From Lingula anatina (lineage: Eukaryota; Animalia; Brachiopoda): a stretch of 64,000 nucleotides of DNA. The translations under genes were made by a program, and so were the position numbers. Where the stretch lies: NCBI GenBank assembly GCA_051362555.1, contig CM120647.1, positions 5,580,001 through 5,644,000 on the forward strand, read 5' to 3'. Positions 38,397 through 53,410 of the stretch are shown one piece after another. Position 1 is the stretch's first letter. Each line of letters begins with the position of its first letter. Under the pieces are notes generated by a model. That model had not been told where the DNA came from and made no database searches. It was given only the letters and a program-made list of their open reading frames with translations.

Positions 38397-39589
38397 GTTT
38401 TCCGCTTTCTTTAAAAATAACCGCACGTGATCTGTCATTACCTCTGTTTAAATTAGGATCCAACATTTCTAGTACCTTTAATAAGCTAAAATTTAAAACA
38501 ATAAAGCACAAGTTAGATTGCAAGCATCAGAGCCGGAAATCCTGGAGTTATCTTTAGGTATGGGTCATCTCTTTACGTTCCCACATCGTTTCTTCCCTTC
38601 AGCTACAAAAGAAATACATGTACATGTATAAACAATATTGGTATCAATACGCCCCCGCATCTTTACTACTCCTCACCCGTTTTTGAATGATGGTTCAAAA
38701 ATAAATCTCGCTTTTGGTCCTGGGAAGAAATATTTTCATAGAAAAATATTTTATTTACATTAACATTTTAAGATAAATAATAATAATAATATTTAAATAT
38801 TGATATTAAATTTTTGTAATAATGTGATATATGTTGCAATAAATGTTTACCAGGAGCGACAAATGTCACCTGGACAAAGTAATGGGAAGCGGACCACTGT
38901 TCCTAACGGACTACCGTTCTTAATTGTCACACCGGCTCTGAGTTTTAAATATTTCGTATATGTAATATGAGATGGATTTCTTTAGTAAGACCTGTTGCAT
39001 ATTTTTCGTTCAGACCTGTGTCTTCTTTGATCCCTGATGACTACTTCTTTTGAAGTCCTAATTTATAGGGGAGCAGGGGGCGAGGCAAGGGGCGTGGCAA
39101 GGGGCGGGGCACAATTCATTTGACAACAACGCATGGCTATGCCAACCCCTCTCAACCACGCCCTTTAATTAACTGGAACAGGCAGTCTCTGCACCTTGTA
39201 GACATTTCATATGGACGAACCTCAGTTATAATGAAACAATCAAATCTCACTGACACGGAGAACACACCTTTCGACCTTATCAAAAAGCTTTCTATAGGTG
39301 AACTGATTTTCACTTGTCACCGGTGTCAGGTGTGGTGGCAGTCCGCGCAAGATGTCTCCTAGGGCTCAGTCTCACCGATGAGTCAATATGATATTTAATT
39401 TTTTCGTTATCTAAGAAGGAATAGATTATTCTTTTAGGCTCGTTCGCCACCCAGCAACTCCTTGCTGGTTACAATCAGAATGAGAGCATGCAGCGTGTAT
39501 ACCACACAATTTTCACACGCTTTCACACAGCTGAAACTCGAAGGCATCATTTTTGAATATGACAATGAAACAAAACATCAAACACAAGC

Positions 39590-40300
39590 TTTACAATGCT
39601 GCGATTTATTGACTGTTAGTAAATAATTTTTTTCTAGATTATCATTTGCCCGCTTTAGACTTTAATCAGTTACGATCTTAAAGAATATAAAAAAATGGTC
39701 GGAAATAACCAAAAAATCATCATGTCCAGTAACGGATGCGGTCTGTCTTGGATGGTATCTAATTGTCTGTGGTCATATTGTCGAACAGTTGGACACACTC
39801 CAAAAAGTAGTCTCGTTCCTGATTTACAGCATAAAGAAAGATTGACGTCCACGTTGTCTCTGATGGGAACACTGAACCAGTAGTTCGAGTTCTGTTGTAA
39901 AAATTCAATGCGAAAATTCAAATCTCGCGAGAATCTTGCGGGAATTTTACACTGGGAAACGGTGTAACGAAACTGAGGGTCCGTGTGACAGAGAGGCCGC
40001 CCTCCATTTTGTAATAATGGTTAGGGTTAGTCTGACCTAAGTGGGTCAAAATCTAGGGCGAGGCTTACCTGTAGAAATGAATGGGAAGCGGACTCCCTAT
40101 CATGGGGGACTCTCTATCACGTTACACTGGTATGGTTTCTCAGGCATGTAAATTAATATGTAAATTTGTAGTCAAGTAGTTTAAATAAAAATAATCACTC
40201 AACATCTCAGAACGAAGTGGTGCTTATCCAAAAGAAGTTTGTTCTCGCGGGAAAGCCGAGGTCACGTATTGGAAGGATAGAGTGCGTCCAGATGATACAA
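39590..40300 (-). other. Non-coding last exon (3' UTR) of gene E
   Basis: Acceptor tttcgtctttcag|TTGTATCATCTGG at 40300. AATAAA at 39605-39610 lies in the context aacacaag..tttaca..gc.atttattgactgtt shared with B-D. Confidence 0.6.
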
Positions 40301-40681
40301 CTGAAAGACGAAAAATAAATAAATAAATAAATAAACTACGTAACTCTTCTGTTTTTGTTTGCAGTTCATTTTGCATATTAGCTTATGATTTTTTGCACGT
40401 GTGGTGTGTTTAATATTGAAACCAGAAAGGAAACCGATTTACAATATAATCCAATTCAAATCAAACTTTCCCTCAGATTGCTTTTGTTGTAATTTGATAT
40501 ATTGCAACAACTTCCAGATAAATAGATTCTTAAAAACAAGAACACATTTAGTATGCACTGATTACTTTACATAATAATTTAATGCATATTTTAATTTCCA
40601 AAAAAGTATAGTTAAAGAAAATTATATTTTAAGAAAATATATCTCATCAATTTTTGACACTGTAGCCAAATTAATCAGACC

Positions 40682-41187
40682 TTATTTCTTTCTCCGTTGA
40701 AGATCAATGAGTCTTTTAAGTAGGTTGATATTGGCGTCTTCAACTGAAATAGAAACCATACAGTTATAATTACAACACTGCAGGCAAGTCGAGAGAAAAT
40801 AGGAGACCGGTGTTGGTTGACCCATTAAGACACTTTGGCCTGGTACAATTTCATAGATGCGAATTAATGCTTTTATCACAGAAATGTAATTGTCACAAAC
40901 AGTATACATCTGTATATAGCGCTACACATATCTCCTTTTAAAAAAAGAAATGTGTCTATTTGGCGTGACTGCATGTGAGTGTAAATTCATCATAAATGTA
41001 CATGTATGTGAGCGTGCGTACACTTCTTACCTCGCTTACTGCCACTTGGCAGTTTGGGATTCGCACCTGAAATCGAACGAAAGAAATGATTAAGTTCTCA
41101 TGTGCCACACAGCAGTGTTGCCTTTTCACAAATTGGGGGTTTTCAGTGCAAAGTATTCTACATGCTTTTCAATAAGCTATTCTTAAC

Positions 41188-41222
<35 letters not shown>

Positions 41223-44200
41223 TTTCAGCAATGTATTATTCACCTGAAGAGTAGTTTACAAAATTCACATCTTGATCATCATCATCTGAGTTGTCGGCAA
41301 TCTCCTTAACTTTATATCCTAAAATTGAACAAAATTAGTTCATTTTCATGCTTTCTTTACTTCCGTCATTATATGCTTATACATACATAACAGTACACCG
41401 GAAGATATGTCTAAAATGCAGTTGTCATATTCACTTATATTGCTTAAATGTTCTGCTTTAGTGTATGTATACATGGTTTTATACCTTATAATCAAACGAG
41501 CAAACTTTTTCACCTGGGCCTGCTACTTTTTTAGCAAGAATAAGAACGCTCTAACAACAGAAATGCACGGTGGCCCGTCAAATTTCAATTCCATTTTTAA
41601 CATATTTTTATATTAAAATGAATTACATTAATGTTCTGTTTAAGTGACCATGCGCGTGTGTTTGTTTGTTTGTTTGTTTGTTTGTTTGTTTGTTTATACG
41701 CCAGTGAGAGCGGGTATTTGGAATTTTTCACGTGTGAACCTGTATGTATGTATGTATGTATGTATGTATGTATGCGTGTTACCTCCATAAGCTCGTTTAT
41801 CGTCGTTAACCCGCTGAGCTGGTCTACCTAAAATGGAACAAAATGTCTTGTGTAAAAGTTTAACGATGGTGCATTTTTGAAAATGACAGTTTGCTGTAGA
41901 AAACGGCTGGTGAGAACACACTGATCTAGGTTTTATCTTTCTTCATGCATTTGGATCGTAAATATAAAGCACCACCACATTTTTTCTATACTCAAATTTC
42001 TTTCGATATTGTTACATTCAGCCATATGGCTTTCACATTTCAATATGAGTAGTGGAATGAATGTAAACGTGATGGTGATTGGCTATCAATCACGTGTGCA
42101 CAGAAATGTATGCGTGGTACCTCTGTAGGAAGTGGAAAGGCGTTTCTCCTCGTCGTTTATGCCACTGTCTTCGTCGTTGACCTTAGCAGCACCACGGTAT
42201 CCTGTAACACAGATAGATAGGTTCTTATATAATTAAGTTTTATGTTTGTATTCAAACTTACAACATATTTTTATTTAATCTACCGAAGAATAATCACAGA
42301 AACACTTAGTCGTTTCAACAGGCATTTCCATGTTCAGTTCACAAATATAATCCCCAGACTTGTATATAAATTTTATTGGAGTCGCTTGCTAGTGTAATCG
42401 ACTCGTTGTATGGCCTTGCATGTATTTGAGTAATTAAAGTAAGTATGCACCCCCAAACAGTGCAGCATTGAATCCACCATAGATAAAAAAATATGCAATT
42501 AAAACATTCAGAAGTAATATCTGGGGTTTGAGATGAGAGAAATAGGGAGACCGCCTGGGAGAGCTAGGTAGACGAACCCGAGCCATGGGAGATGGTTCAG
42601 AAATTTAGGCTTCGTGCTACAGAAACATACAGTGTATGGATCGTAAATATAAAGCACCACCACATTTTTTCTATACTCAAATTTCTTTCGATGTTGTTAC
42701 ATTCAGCCATATGGCTTTCACATTTCAATATGAGTAGTGGAATGAATGTAAACGTGATGGTGATTGGCTATCAATCACGTGTGCACAGAAATGTATGCGT
42801 GGTACCTCTGTAGGTAGTGGAAAGGCGTTTCTCCTCGTCGTCTATGCCACTGTCTTCGTCGTTAACCTTAGCACCGCGGTATCCTGAAACACAGATAGAT
42901 AGGTTCTTATATTATGATTAAGTTTCATATTTTCATTCCAAATCACAACTTATTTGTATTTAAACGGCCGAAGAATGTCCCATCACTGAAACATCATAGA
43001 GCAGTTGGCATTACCACTGTAACCAGAAATCTAAATGAGTGTATGATTGAGATCGATCGAGAATATAACAATTTTATGTTTATGAAGGCTCCCCCATTTT
43101 GAACAGTCGTGCATTTTGGAAGATCTAAAAACATTACAAATACAGAAATGTTAACATCATTTTGCGTTTTTTTTTTATTAATAAAACATCAATATTATGC
43201 TTTAAGGCCCATGTGTATGTGTCACGTGTGTACATGTATGTGTGCGTGTTACCTGCGGGCCTTCGTTGATCGTCGTTAACCCGCTTGCCTGAATAAGACA
43301 CTGAAATGAAACAAAATAATATCTTCATTATTTCAGCGTTTGTTGCATTTTTGTAGATGGCAATTTTTCTTGGAAAATGCCCGCGAGAACAAAATGATCC
43401 TACAGCCTTTTATGATGCGAGCATTTTGAAAGCGGAGCATTTTTCAGAAACTTAGGCTTCTTGCTACAAAAAAAATACGGTGCACTGGGAATGTCCCTTT
43501 TACAATTATCCAATTGTGGGTTGTTACATGTATTCTTGACAAGTGGTGCATTTGTGAAGATGCCAGTTTCTTCTACAAAAATTGCAAGCGAAAACATGAT
43601 AATTAAGTGTCCTTGTTTCTAACAATTTGCTTCAGTGCCCATGTGCATATGTTCTTCACTTTGAGTGGGGTTTTGTCGCGTGTGTACATGCATGTATGCG
43701 TGTTATCTCTTCGTTTATCGTCGTCCACCCGCTTGCCTACATAATACCCGAAAGTGGAAGAAGATTTTGTTTTGCAAATTTCCTACACTGGTGCATTTTC
43801 CTAAATAAAAGTAACCTCTGGCAAAAAAAAACCAACAAAAATATGAAGATTTGACGTTCCATATGTGTCAACGACTGTGGGCATTCATGGAAAACGTGTG
43901 TACATGTACGTGTGCGATTCACCTTGGTCTCCTCGTTTATCGTCGTTAATCCGCTTGCCTGCATAATTTGAAATGGACTAAATATGTCTTCCACAAAATT
44001 TCAAAAGTTGGTGCATTTTCGGTGATCGCCAGACCAACAAAGCGTCTGGAGAGGTTTTGTTTGCTGATGATTTAACAATTGCTTCACAATATAGTTCAAG
44101 ATCTACGTATTCTCATTAACAGCTATATGACTGTGTTACCTTTATAGCAAGTTTCGCCACCAAATATTAAACAGTTTTTAAAAGTTAAGGATAATTTTAA

Positions 44201-47200
44201 CAAAACAGAAATGTACAGTGGCCCCTTAACATCACATTGGTGTACACCCTGAAACTGAAAGAACTTGGAATAATTCCATGCGTGTGTTTGTCTGCAACCA
44301 ATATTTTTTCAAGACGAAAAATGCATCAGGAACAGGAATCCACGGTGTCTTGTCAAAATAATTGTTTTTCTATATAAATAAATTACACTCACATTTACAT
44401 TCTGCTTTAGTGGTTAAGACCGCGTGCACGCGTGTATACGTGTTCGTGTTTGTATGTTCGCCACTGTGGTTATTTGGTTATTGTTCACGTGTATACATGA
44501 ATGTGAGCGTGTTACCTGGTGCCCCTCGTTTATCGCCGTCAACCCGATTGCCCCCGTGATACCCAGAAATGGAACAAGAATGTCATCAACAGTTGGTGCA
44601 TTTTTATTGATGGCCAGATCAACAAAGTTTTATGTTTGCTGATGATGCAACAATTGCAGAGCAATTAAGTGCAAAACCTTTTTTCCCTAAAGCATCTATG
44701 TGAGCGCGTTCCTGTTTTTTTTTTCACCAAATATTAAACAGTGGTGACGTTTTCAAAAATTAAGGCTGACTTTAAAATATACACAGAAATGTTGGGAGGA
44801 CCCTTATTGGTGTACATTAGTGCAGTAAGTAACTATATCAATTTCTCATGTATTGCATTAATATTGTGCTTTATCGCACACATGGTAATGATTTAAACCC
44901 TGAGGTTAACGAACTTATAATAATTTCATGTGCATGTTTCTCTGCTACTAACTTTTATTAAGGAATAACAGCACGTCACCACAGAAATTGTATTTTATAT
45001 ATTGATAAATAACATTAATAATAATCTCATAAAGTGGTCAAGCGCGCGTGCAGGCGTGTGTATGTGTCTGTTTGCCACTGTGAGTGGTTATTTGGTTAGA
45101 AAAGTACCCATTAGTAAATAATTATTCAGCGTTCTTTTTCTGGGAAAGGCATTTCCACAGCAGATCATTTCTCAAAAACTGAATGTACATGTATATTTGT
45201 GTTTTACCTGGAGTCCCTCGTTTATCGTCGTTAACTTGCTTACCTGGATAAGAACCTAAAAAGAAACAAATATGTCTTATACAATTGGACAGGTGCTTTT
45301 TTGTTGATGGCCAGGTCAACATAGCGTCTGGAGAAGTTTTATGGTTGCTGATGATGCAACAATTGCTGCACAATTCAGTGCAAAAACTGCTTATTTTCAT
45401 GAACATCTATTCGAGCGTGTTACCTCTTAAGCAATTAAAATCTTGTTTTACACCTAATTTTTAAATAGTTAGGGCACGGTGAGCCATTATAAACTCATAC
45501 TCTTTTCCTATATATCTAAGTCAATTTAATATTTTGATCAAGTGTCTATCTGTATGTTTGCGTAAAAACCTTTTAGTCCTCGTTTACTGTCGTCAATCCG
45601 CTTGCCTGCATAATACTCTGAAAAAAGAAAGAAAAAATTTCCTACACTGGTGCATTTTTTGTAGATAACCATGTCTTCGAACTAAAATACCAACATTAAT
45701 ACGATTTAGCGTTCTATATGTGTTTGCGACTGTGAACAATCGTTTGCCATGTGTGTACATGTATGTGTGCGTTTTACCTTGGTCCCCTCGCTTATCGTCG
45801 TTAACCCGCTTCCCTGAATAAACCCCTGAAATGAAACAAGAATGTTATTTCACAAATTTCAACAGTTGGTGCATTTTCGGTGATCGCCAGACCAACAAGA
45901 GAGTGGTTTTATGAATTTTTATCTGCAAATTGTAATACACGGGTGCATTTTTCTAGATTTCATCGTCTTACAGAAACAAACTAAAAAATGTGACTATATA
46001 CTCTGAAATGAAACAAGAATTTTTTTCTGCAAAATTCCATGCACTGGTGCATTTTCATTCTTTTTCTTACACAAACAAACTAGCAAACAAATGATGATTT
46101 ATCGTTCTATATGTGTCCTCGGCTGTAAGCAATCATTTGTCAGGTGTGTACATGTATGTGTGCGTGTTACCTGGGGCCCCTCGTTTATCGTCGTTAACCC
46201 GCTTGCCTGAATATACCCCTGAAAGACATAAGAATGTCATCTGCAAATTTCCTACACTGGTGCATTTTCGTTGAGAGCCAGACCAGCCAAGGATCTGGAG
46301 AGATTTTATATTCGCTGATGATGCAACACCAGCAATGCAATTCAGTTCAACAGCTTCTTTTTCTAATAAATATCTATGTGAGCATGTTACCTCCATATCA
46401 GTTTGAAGTTTTTGTTGGCCTCCACATTAGAAAAGTAATTTTATTACAAAAATATGGATGATTCAAAAAAGAAATGTACGGTGACGCTGAGGAGAACGAC
46501 CTAAAATGGAGAGTCGTCAACTCCTGAAAAGGAACCAGACTTTTTCATTTTCATATTTTCTTTACTTCCATTATTCTAAATAATTTCCTTACATAAAGCA
46601 CATCATATGTACAGTACGCTTGTACCGGTGAAGAATGAATATATTTCCCTTTACCTGCTTAATATTCGCATCGAATAATTGTTTGTGTATGTGTGTATGC
46701 TACCACAATTACCTCGTTTATCGTCGTTAACCCGATAGGCTTCATAACCTGAAATGGAAAAAGAGGCTCTGTCTGTTACAGACACTTCAACAGTGGTTAA
46801 TTTATTAAAGACTGGTGCTTCTGACTGCAAATATATACGGTGGGTCTAGAGTAACATTCCTTTTTTTTTTCTTAGTAGTATTTTTTACGTCCATAGTTAC
46901 CATGGCCTCTTTTCTTCTCATCTACTCCACTGTATTCATCGTCAACCTCTTCAACTTGATATCCTGAAATCGAACGAGAATAATTCATTTTCACATTTTC
47001 TTTCCTTCCATAATCAAAACAATCTCGCTGAGCTTTATACCGTAAAATTGAACAAGGATAAAATGATTTAGTGTTCTTGTCTGCTACAAATATTTTAAAA
47101 GAGGCGGATTTTCACCGATCGGAGTTTCTTGCTATAGAATTATACGGGGCACCGTAAGCATCTTATGAGATAAATATTTTTCCAAACTGCGGTGCAAATG

Positions 47201-48444
47201 TTCGGTCTACTACACTTGTCAGCATGCATACGGTTTCGTTGCACGTGAGCGTGCGTGTGTGTAACCTCTACCATTTTTTTTTCTCATTGTCTACGTCACT
47301 TTAAGACACCCACTGAACTTTCTGTCGAAAATGTAAACGCTACGGTAACGGTATTTTCAAGAAATAAGAAAGCTTAATTATGATCTCAATCTCTTAGTTT
47401 CTGCTTCTTGGTGCCTTTCCGCTTTTTTATGACTGTTAACATACCATTTTTGACTAATGTTGCAAACATCTAAACCGCCTTAACATCGACCATTATTATC
47501 ATATGGTATATTCACTATTATTACCAATCAATTTAACATTTTACTTTAGTGAACATCTGTACGTGCGAAAGACTGTTATTCATCACGTGTGTACATGTAT
47601 GTGTGCGTGTTACCTCTGTATCCACGTTTATCATCATTAACCCGCTGGGCTCTATATCCTGTAAAAAAAACAAGAATCAAGATTTCTGTTAAAAGAAAAC
47701 GTTTGATCAACTACGCGTGCCACCTTGCACAGGGTATATTGATGCGTGTTTGCATGTTATATCTACCTTTCACAGCTTAATACCGTAAAATCTAATAAAG
47801 GCATGATGACTGAGTCTCCCAGCCAGTTGTTGTCTCTTCACTTTTTTTTCTCCATGATTCTATATGTATCTATACGTTTAAATATTCCGCTTTATAGTGT
47901 CAGTGTGTACATGTGTGTGTGTGTGTGTGTGTGCGTGTGTGTGCGTAGTGGCGCCTGGTTATTGATAATGGGTGTACAGGTATGTGTGCGTGTTACCTCC
48001 GTGGGGTCGTAGGTTTTGTATCTCCTCGTCTTCTATGTTGCTGTCTTCCGCGTCAGCCTTACTAACCCAGTAACTTCCTAAAACAGAGATTGGAGTGTGT
48101 GTGTGTATGTGTGTGTATGTGTGTGTGTGTGTCTTATATTGGTCACTTCGTTATTCGCTGATAACACGCTGAACTCCATTCTAAGAAAACGCAGAAGAAT
48201 ATATTTCATTTTATTCTCCGTTGTTTCAACATTTGTCTTAGAAGTGAATGTTTGATGGAGCACGCGAATCAGCATGTAAATGGGGGTAAATGTTTTCTTT
48301 GCACGTGGGCATGCGTGCATCTTACCTCTTCCTCGTTTCTCCTCGTCTTCTAAGCCACTGTCTTCGTCGTTCACCTGGGTGCCTGCATAGGAGGCTGAAA
48401 CACAGATATGTTATTATTATTATTACCTCTGCCATGCAGGTCAC

Positions 48445-48487
<43 letters not shown>

Positions 48488-49269
48488 TTTTATTTTTCTA
48501 TTAATTTAATTTATTTATTTACTTATTTATTTATTTTTTGGTTCCGTTAGTCTCTTTATTAATTTGTCTGTCTATTGGCAAAATTGTGCAGAAAATTTAT
48601 GGATGAATTTGATATTCCGCTTTAGTGTAGTGTCAGTGAGTGTGTGTGCGTGATATAGCGATTGGTTAATGGTTATTTCAGTACATGACTACGTACTTTT
48701 ACGACCTGGAGGCCCTTCAGGTAAGTTTCGTTTTTCCTCGTCGTCTACGCCAATGTCTTTGTCGTTAACCTGCGTACCCGCATAGGAGGCTGAAACAGAG
48801 ATACCAGCATGTTATTATAAGAGAGAGCGCAGGTCTTAGCTGTAAGAAATTACAGACCATTAACAACGTATATACATGTACCTGGAAGTACTTTCAAGGA
48901 AGATAGCAATATATGAAAACTACAAAACAACATTCAATCCATTTCGGCAAATGATCCGAACTGTATGATCAAACGCATGTGTCAGCATACATGTGGGTGT
49001 ATATGTTTGCTGTGCATGTTACCTTTTCCTCGCTTTTCCTCATCATCTACGTCACTGTCATCCGCTCGTCCACGTTTCGCTGAAAGCGTACAAAAATATA
49101 ATTATTTCATGTTTTGTCAGCTACCGGAATGTCAACATTTTATTTTCAAGCATAAGACACATGTTACTATATTTTTAAAATATTAGAATTTTGTTTGGTA
49201 GAATTTTCACTGTGTGTGTTTGCACTGTTTGAAAACCAAGGCATATTTTCACAATAAAGTTCAATTGAG

Positions 49270-49343
<74 letters not shown>

Positions 49344-52300
49344 CACACAGACACACACTGCGTGTGTTTGATTATCCTAATTTGCTCACTTCTCATCCAC
49401 CTGGTCATAAATCTTCTAAACCTTATCCCCCCAAACCCGGCGAGTGAATAACTTTTATATTTTGTTTACTTCAAAATTCTAACAATACCGAAATCCATGA
49501 TATACAGACATCTGTAATATGACACCCCTCTGCAGGGCTTACTCGCCTTAAGTATTCCACCTTAATGAGCGCATTCAGCACAGCGGATCAAATATGGCTC
49601 CCCCTAAAAAGCTTGCCGCTTAATACCCACGGGTGTTTGGGTGTCTGTTTGAGCTTGTTCTCCACTGTGAGTGGTTATTTGTTTATTTGTTATATACATA
49701 CATGTTTGTGAAAGTGTTACGTTCGTAAGCTCGACTATTGTCGTTAACCCGATGAGTTGGACGACCTATAATAAAAGCAAGAAAGTCTTCTGGAAAAGTT
49801 CAAAAGTGGTGAATTTTTGTAAATGGCAGTTTTGTCTAGAAAAATACCCATTACCAAATAATTATTCAGCGTCCTTTATCTGGGGAAGGCATTTCCACAG
49901 CGGATCATTTCTCAAAAACTGAATGTACATGTATATTTGTGTTTTACCTGGAGTCCCTCGTTTATCGTCGTTAACTTGCTTACCTGGATAAGAACCTAAA
50001 AAGAAACAAATATGCCTTATACAATTGGACTGGTGCTCTTTTTGTTGATGGCTAGGTCAACATAGCGTCTGGAGAAGTTTTATGGTTGCTGATAATGCAA
50101 CAATTGCTGCACAATTCAGTGCAAAAACTGTTTATTTTCATGAACATCTATTCGAGCGTGTTACCTCTTAAGCAATTTAAAACTTGTTTTACACCTATTT
50201 TTAAATAGTTAGGGCACGGTGAGCCATTATAAACTCATACTCTTTTCCTATATATCTAAGTCAATTTAATATTTTGATCAAGTGTCTATCTGTATGTTTG
50301 CGTAAAAACCTTTTAGTCCTCGTTTACTGTCGTCAATCCGCTTGCCTGCATAATACTCTGAAACGAAAGAAAAAGATTTCCTACACTGGTGCATTTTTTA
50401 TAGATAACGATGTCTTCCAACTAAAATACCAACATTAATACGATTTAGCCTTCTATATGTGTTTGCGACTGTGAACAATCGTTTGCCATGTGTGTACATG
50501 TATGTGTGCGTTTTACCTTGGTCCCCTCGCTTATCGTCGTTAACCCGCTTCCCTGAATAAACCCCTGAAATGAAACAAGAATGTTATTTCACAAATTTCA
50601 ACAGTTGGTGCATTTTCGGTGATCGCCAGACCAACAAGTGAGTGGTTTTATGAATTTTTATCTGCAAATTGTAATACACGGATGCATTTTTCTAGATTTC
50701 ATCGTCTTACAGAAACAAACTAAAAAATGTGACTATATACTCTGAAATGAAACAAGAATTTTTTTTCTGCAAAATTCCATGCACTGGTGCATTTTCATTC
50801 TTTTTCTTACACAAACAAACTAGCAAACAAATGATGATTTATCGTTCTATATGTGTCCTCGGCTGTAAGCAATCATTTGTCAGGTGTGTACATGTATGTG
50901 TGCGTGTTACCTGGGGCCCCTCGTTTATCGTCGTTAACCCGCTTGCCTGAATATACCCCTGAAAGACATAAGAATGTCATCTGCAAATTTCCTACACTGG
51001 TGCATTTTCGTTGAGAGCCAGACCAGCCAAGGATCTGGAGAGATTTTATATTCGCTGATGATGCAACACCAGCAATGCAATTCAGTTCAACAACTACTTT
51101 TTCTCATAAATATCTATGTGAGCATGTTACCTCCATATCAGTTTGAAGTTTTTGTTGGCCTCCACATTAGAAAAGTAATTTTATTACAAAAATATGGATG
51201 ATTCAAAAAAGAAATGTACGGTGACGCTGAGGAGAACGACCTAAAATGGAGAGTCGTCAACTCCTGAAAAGGAACCAGACTTTTTCATTTTCATATTTTC
51301 TTTACTTCCATTATTCTAAATAATTTCCTTACATAAAGCACATCATATGTACAGTACGCTTGTACCGGTGAAGAATTCATATATTTCCCTTTACCTGCTT
51401 AATATTCGCATCGAATAATTGTTTGTGTATGTGTGTATGCTACCACAATTACCTCGTTTATCGTCGTTAACCCGATAGGCTTCATAACCTGAAATGGAAA
51501 AAGAGGCTCTGTCTGTTACAGACACTTCAACAGTGGTTAATTTATTAAAGACTGGTGCTTCTGACTGCAAATATATACGGTGGGTCTAGAGTAACATTCC
51601 TTTTTTCTTTCTTAGTAGTATTTTTTACGTCCATAGTTACCATGGCCTCTTTTCTTCTCATCTACTCCGCTGTATTCATCGTCAACCTCTTCAACTTGAT
51701 ATCCTGAAATCGAACGAGAATAATTCATTTTCACATTTTCTTTCCTTCCATAATCAAGACAATCTCGCTGAGCTTTATACCGTAAAATTGAACAAGGATA
51801 AAATGATTTAGTGTTCTTGTCTGCTACAAATAATTTAAAAGAGGCGGATTTTCACCGATCGGAGTTGCTATAGAATTATACGGGGCACCGTAAGCATCTT
51901 ATAAGATAAATATTTTTCCAAACTGCGGTGCAAATGTTCGGTCTACTACACTTGTCAGCATGCATACGGTTTCGTTGCACGTGAGTGTGCGTGCGTGTAA
52001 CCTCTACCATGTTTCTTCTCATTGTCTACGTCACTGTAAGACACCCACTGAACTTTCTGTCGAAAATGTAAACGCTACGGTAACGGTATTTTCAAGAAAT
52101 AAGAAAGCTTAATTATGATCTCAATCTCTTAGTTTCTGCTCCTTGGTGCCTTTCCGCTTTTTATAACTGTTAATATACCATTTTTGACTAATGTTGCAAA
52201 CATCTAAACCGCCTTAACATCGACCATTATTATCCTATGGTATATTCACTATTATTACCAATCAATTTAACATTTAACTTTAGTGAACATCTGTACGTGC

Positions 52301-52808
52301 GAAAGACTGTTATTCATCACGTGTGTACATGTATGTGTGCGTGTTACCTCTGTATCCACGTTTATCATCATTAACCCGCTGGGCTCTATATCCTGTAAAA
52401 AAACAAAAATCAAGATTTCTGTAAGAAGAAAATGTTTGATCAACTACGCGTGCCACCATGCACAGGGTATATTGTTGCGTGTTTGCATGTTATATCTACC
52501 TTTCACAGCTTAATACCGTAAAATCTAATAAAGGCATGATGACTGAGTCTCCCAGCCAGTTGTCGTCTCTTCACTTTTTTTCTCGATTATTCTATATGTA
52601 TCTATACGTTTAAATATTCCGCTTTATAGTGTCAGTGTGTACATGTGTGTGTGTGTGTGCGTGGTGGCGCCTGGTTATTGATAATGGGTGTACATGTATG
52701 TGTGCGTGTTACCTCCGTGGGGTCGTAGGTTTTGTATCTCCTCGTCTTCTATGTTGCTGTCTTCCGCGTCAGCCTTACTAACCCAGTAACTTCCTAAGAC
52801 AGAGATTG

Positions 52809-52845
<37 letters not shown>

Positions 52846-53376
52846 TGTCTTATATTGGTCACTTCGTTATTCATCACGTGTGTACATGTATGTGTGCGTG
52901 TTACCTCTGTATCCACGTTTATCATCATTAACCCGCTGGGCTCTATATCCTGTAAAAAAAACAAGAATCAAGATTTCTGTTAAAAGAAAATGTTTGATCA
53001 ACTACGCGTGCCACCATGCACATGGTATATTGATGCGTGTTTGAATGTTATATCTACCTTTCACAGCTTAATACCGTAAAATCTAATAAAGGCATGATGA
53101 CTGAGTCTCCCAGCCAGTTGTCGTCTCTTCACTTTTTTCTCGATGATTCTATATGTATCTATACGTTTAAATATTCCGCTTTATAGTGTCAGTGTGTAAC
53201 ATGTGTGTGTGTGTGCGTAGTGGCGCCTGGTTATTGATAATGGGTGTACATGTATGTGTGCGTGTTACCTCCGTGGGGTCGTAGGTTTTGTATCTCCTCG
53301 TCTTCTATGTTGCTGTCTTCCGCGTCAGCCTTACTAACCCAGTAACTTCCTAAAACAGAGATTGGAGTGTGTGTGT

Positions 53377-53410
<34 letters not shown>

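Noticed and set aside
40018-40031. ggttagggttag telomere-like motif
   Set aside because: Only two units; common in interspersed repeats and not a telomere.
51131-51263. Acceptor-like tttcag|GAGTTGACGAC segment (also ~46391-46523)
   Set aside because: An in-frame TAG follows after 7 codons and there is no symmetric donor; at most a decayed exon.
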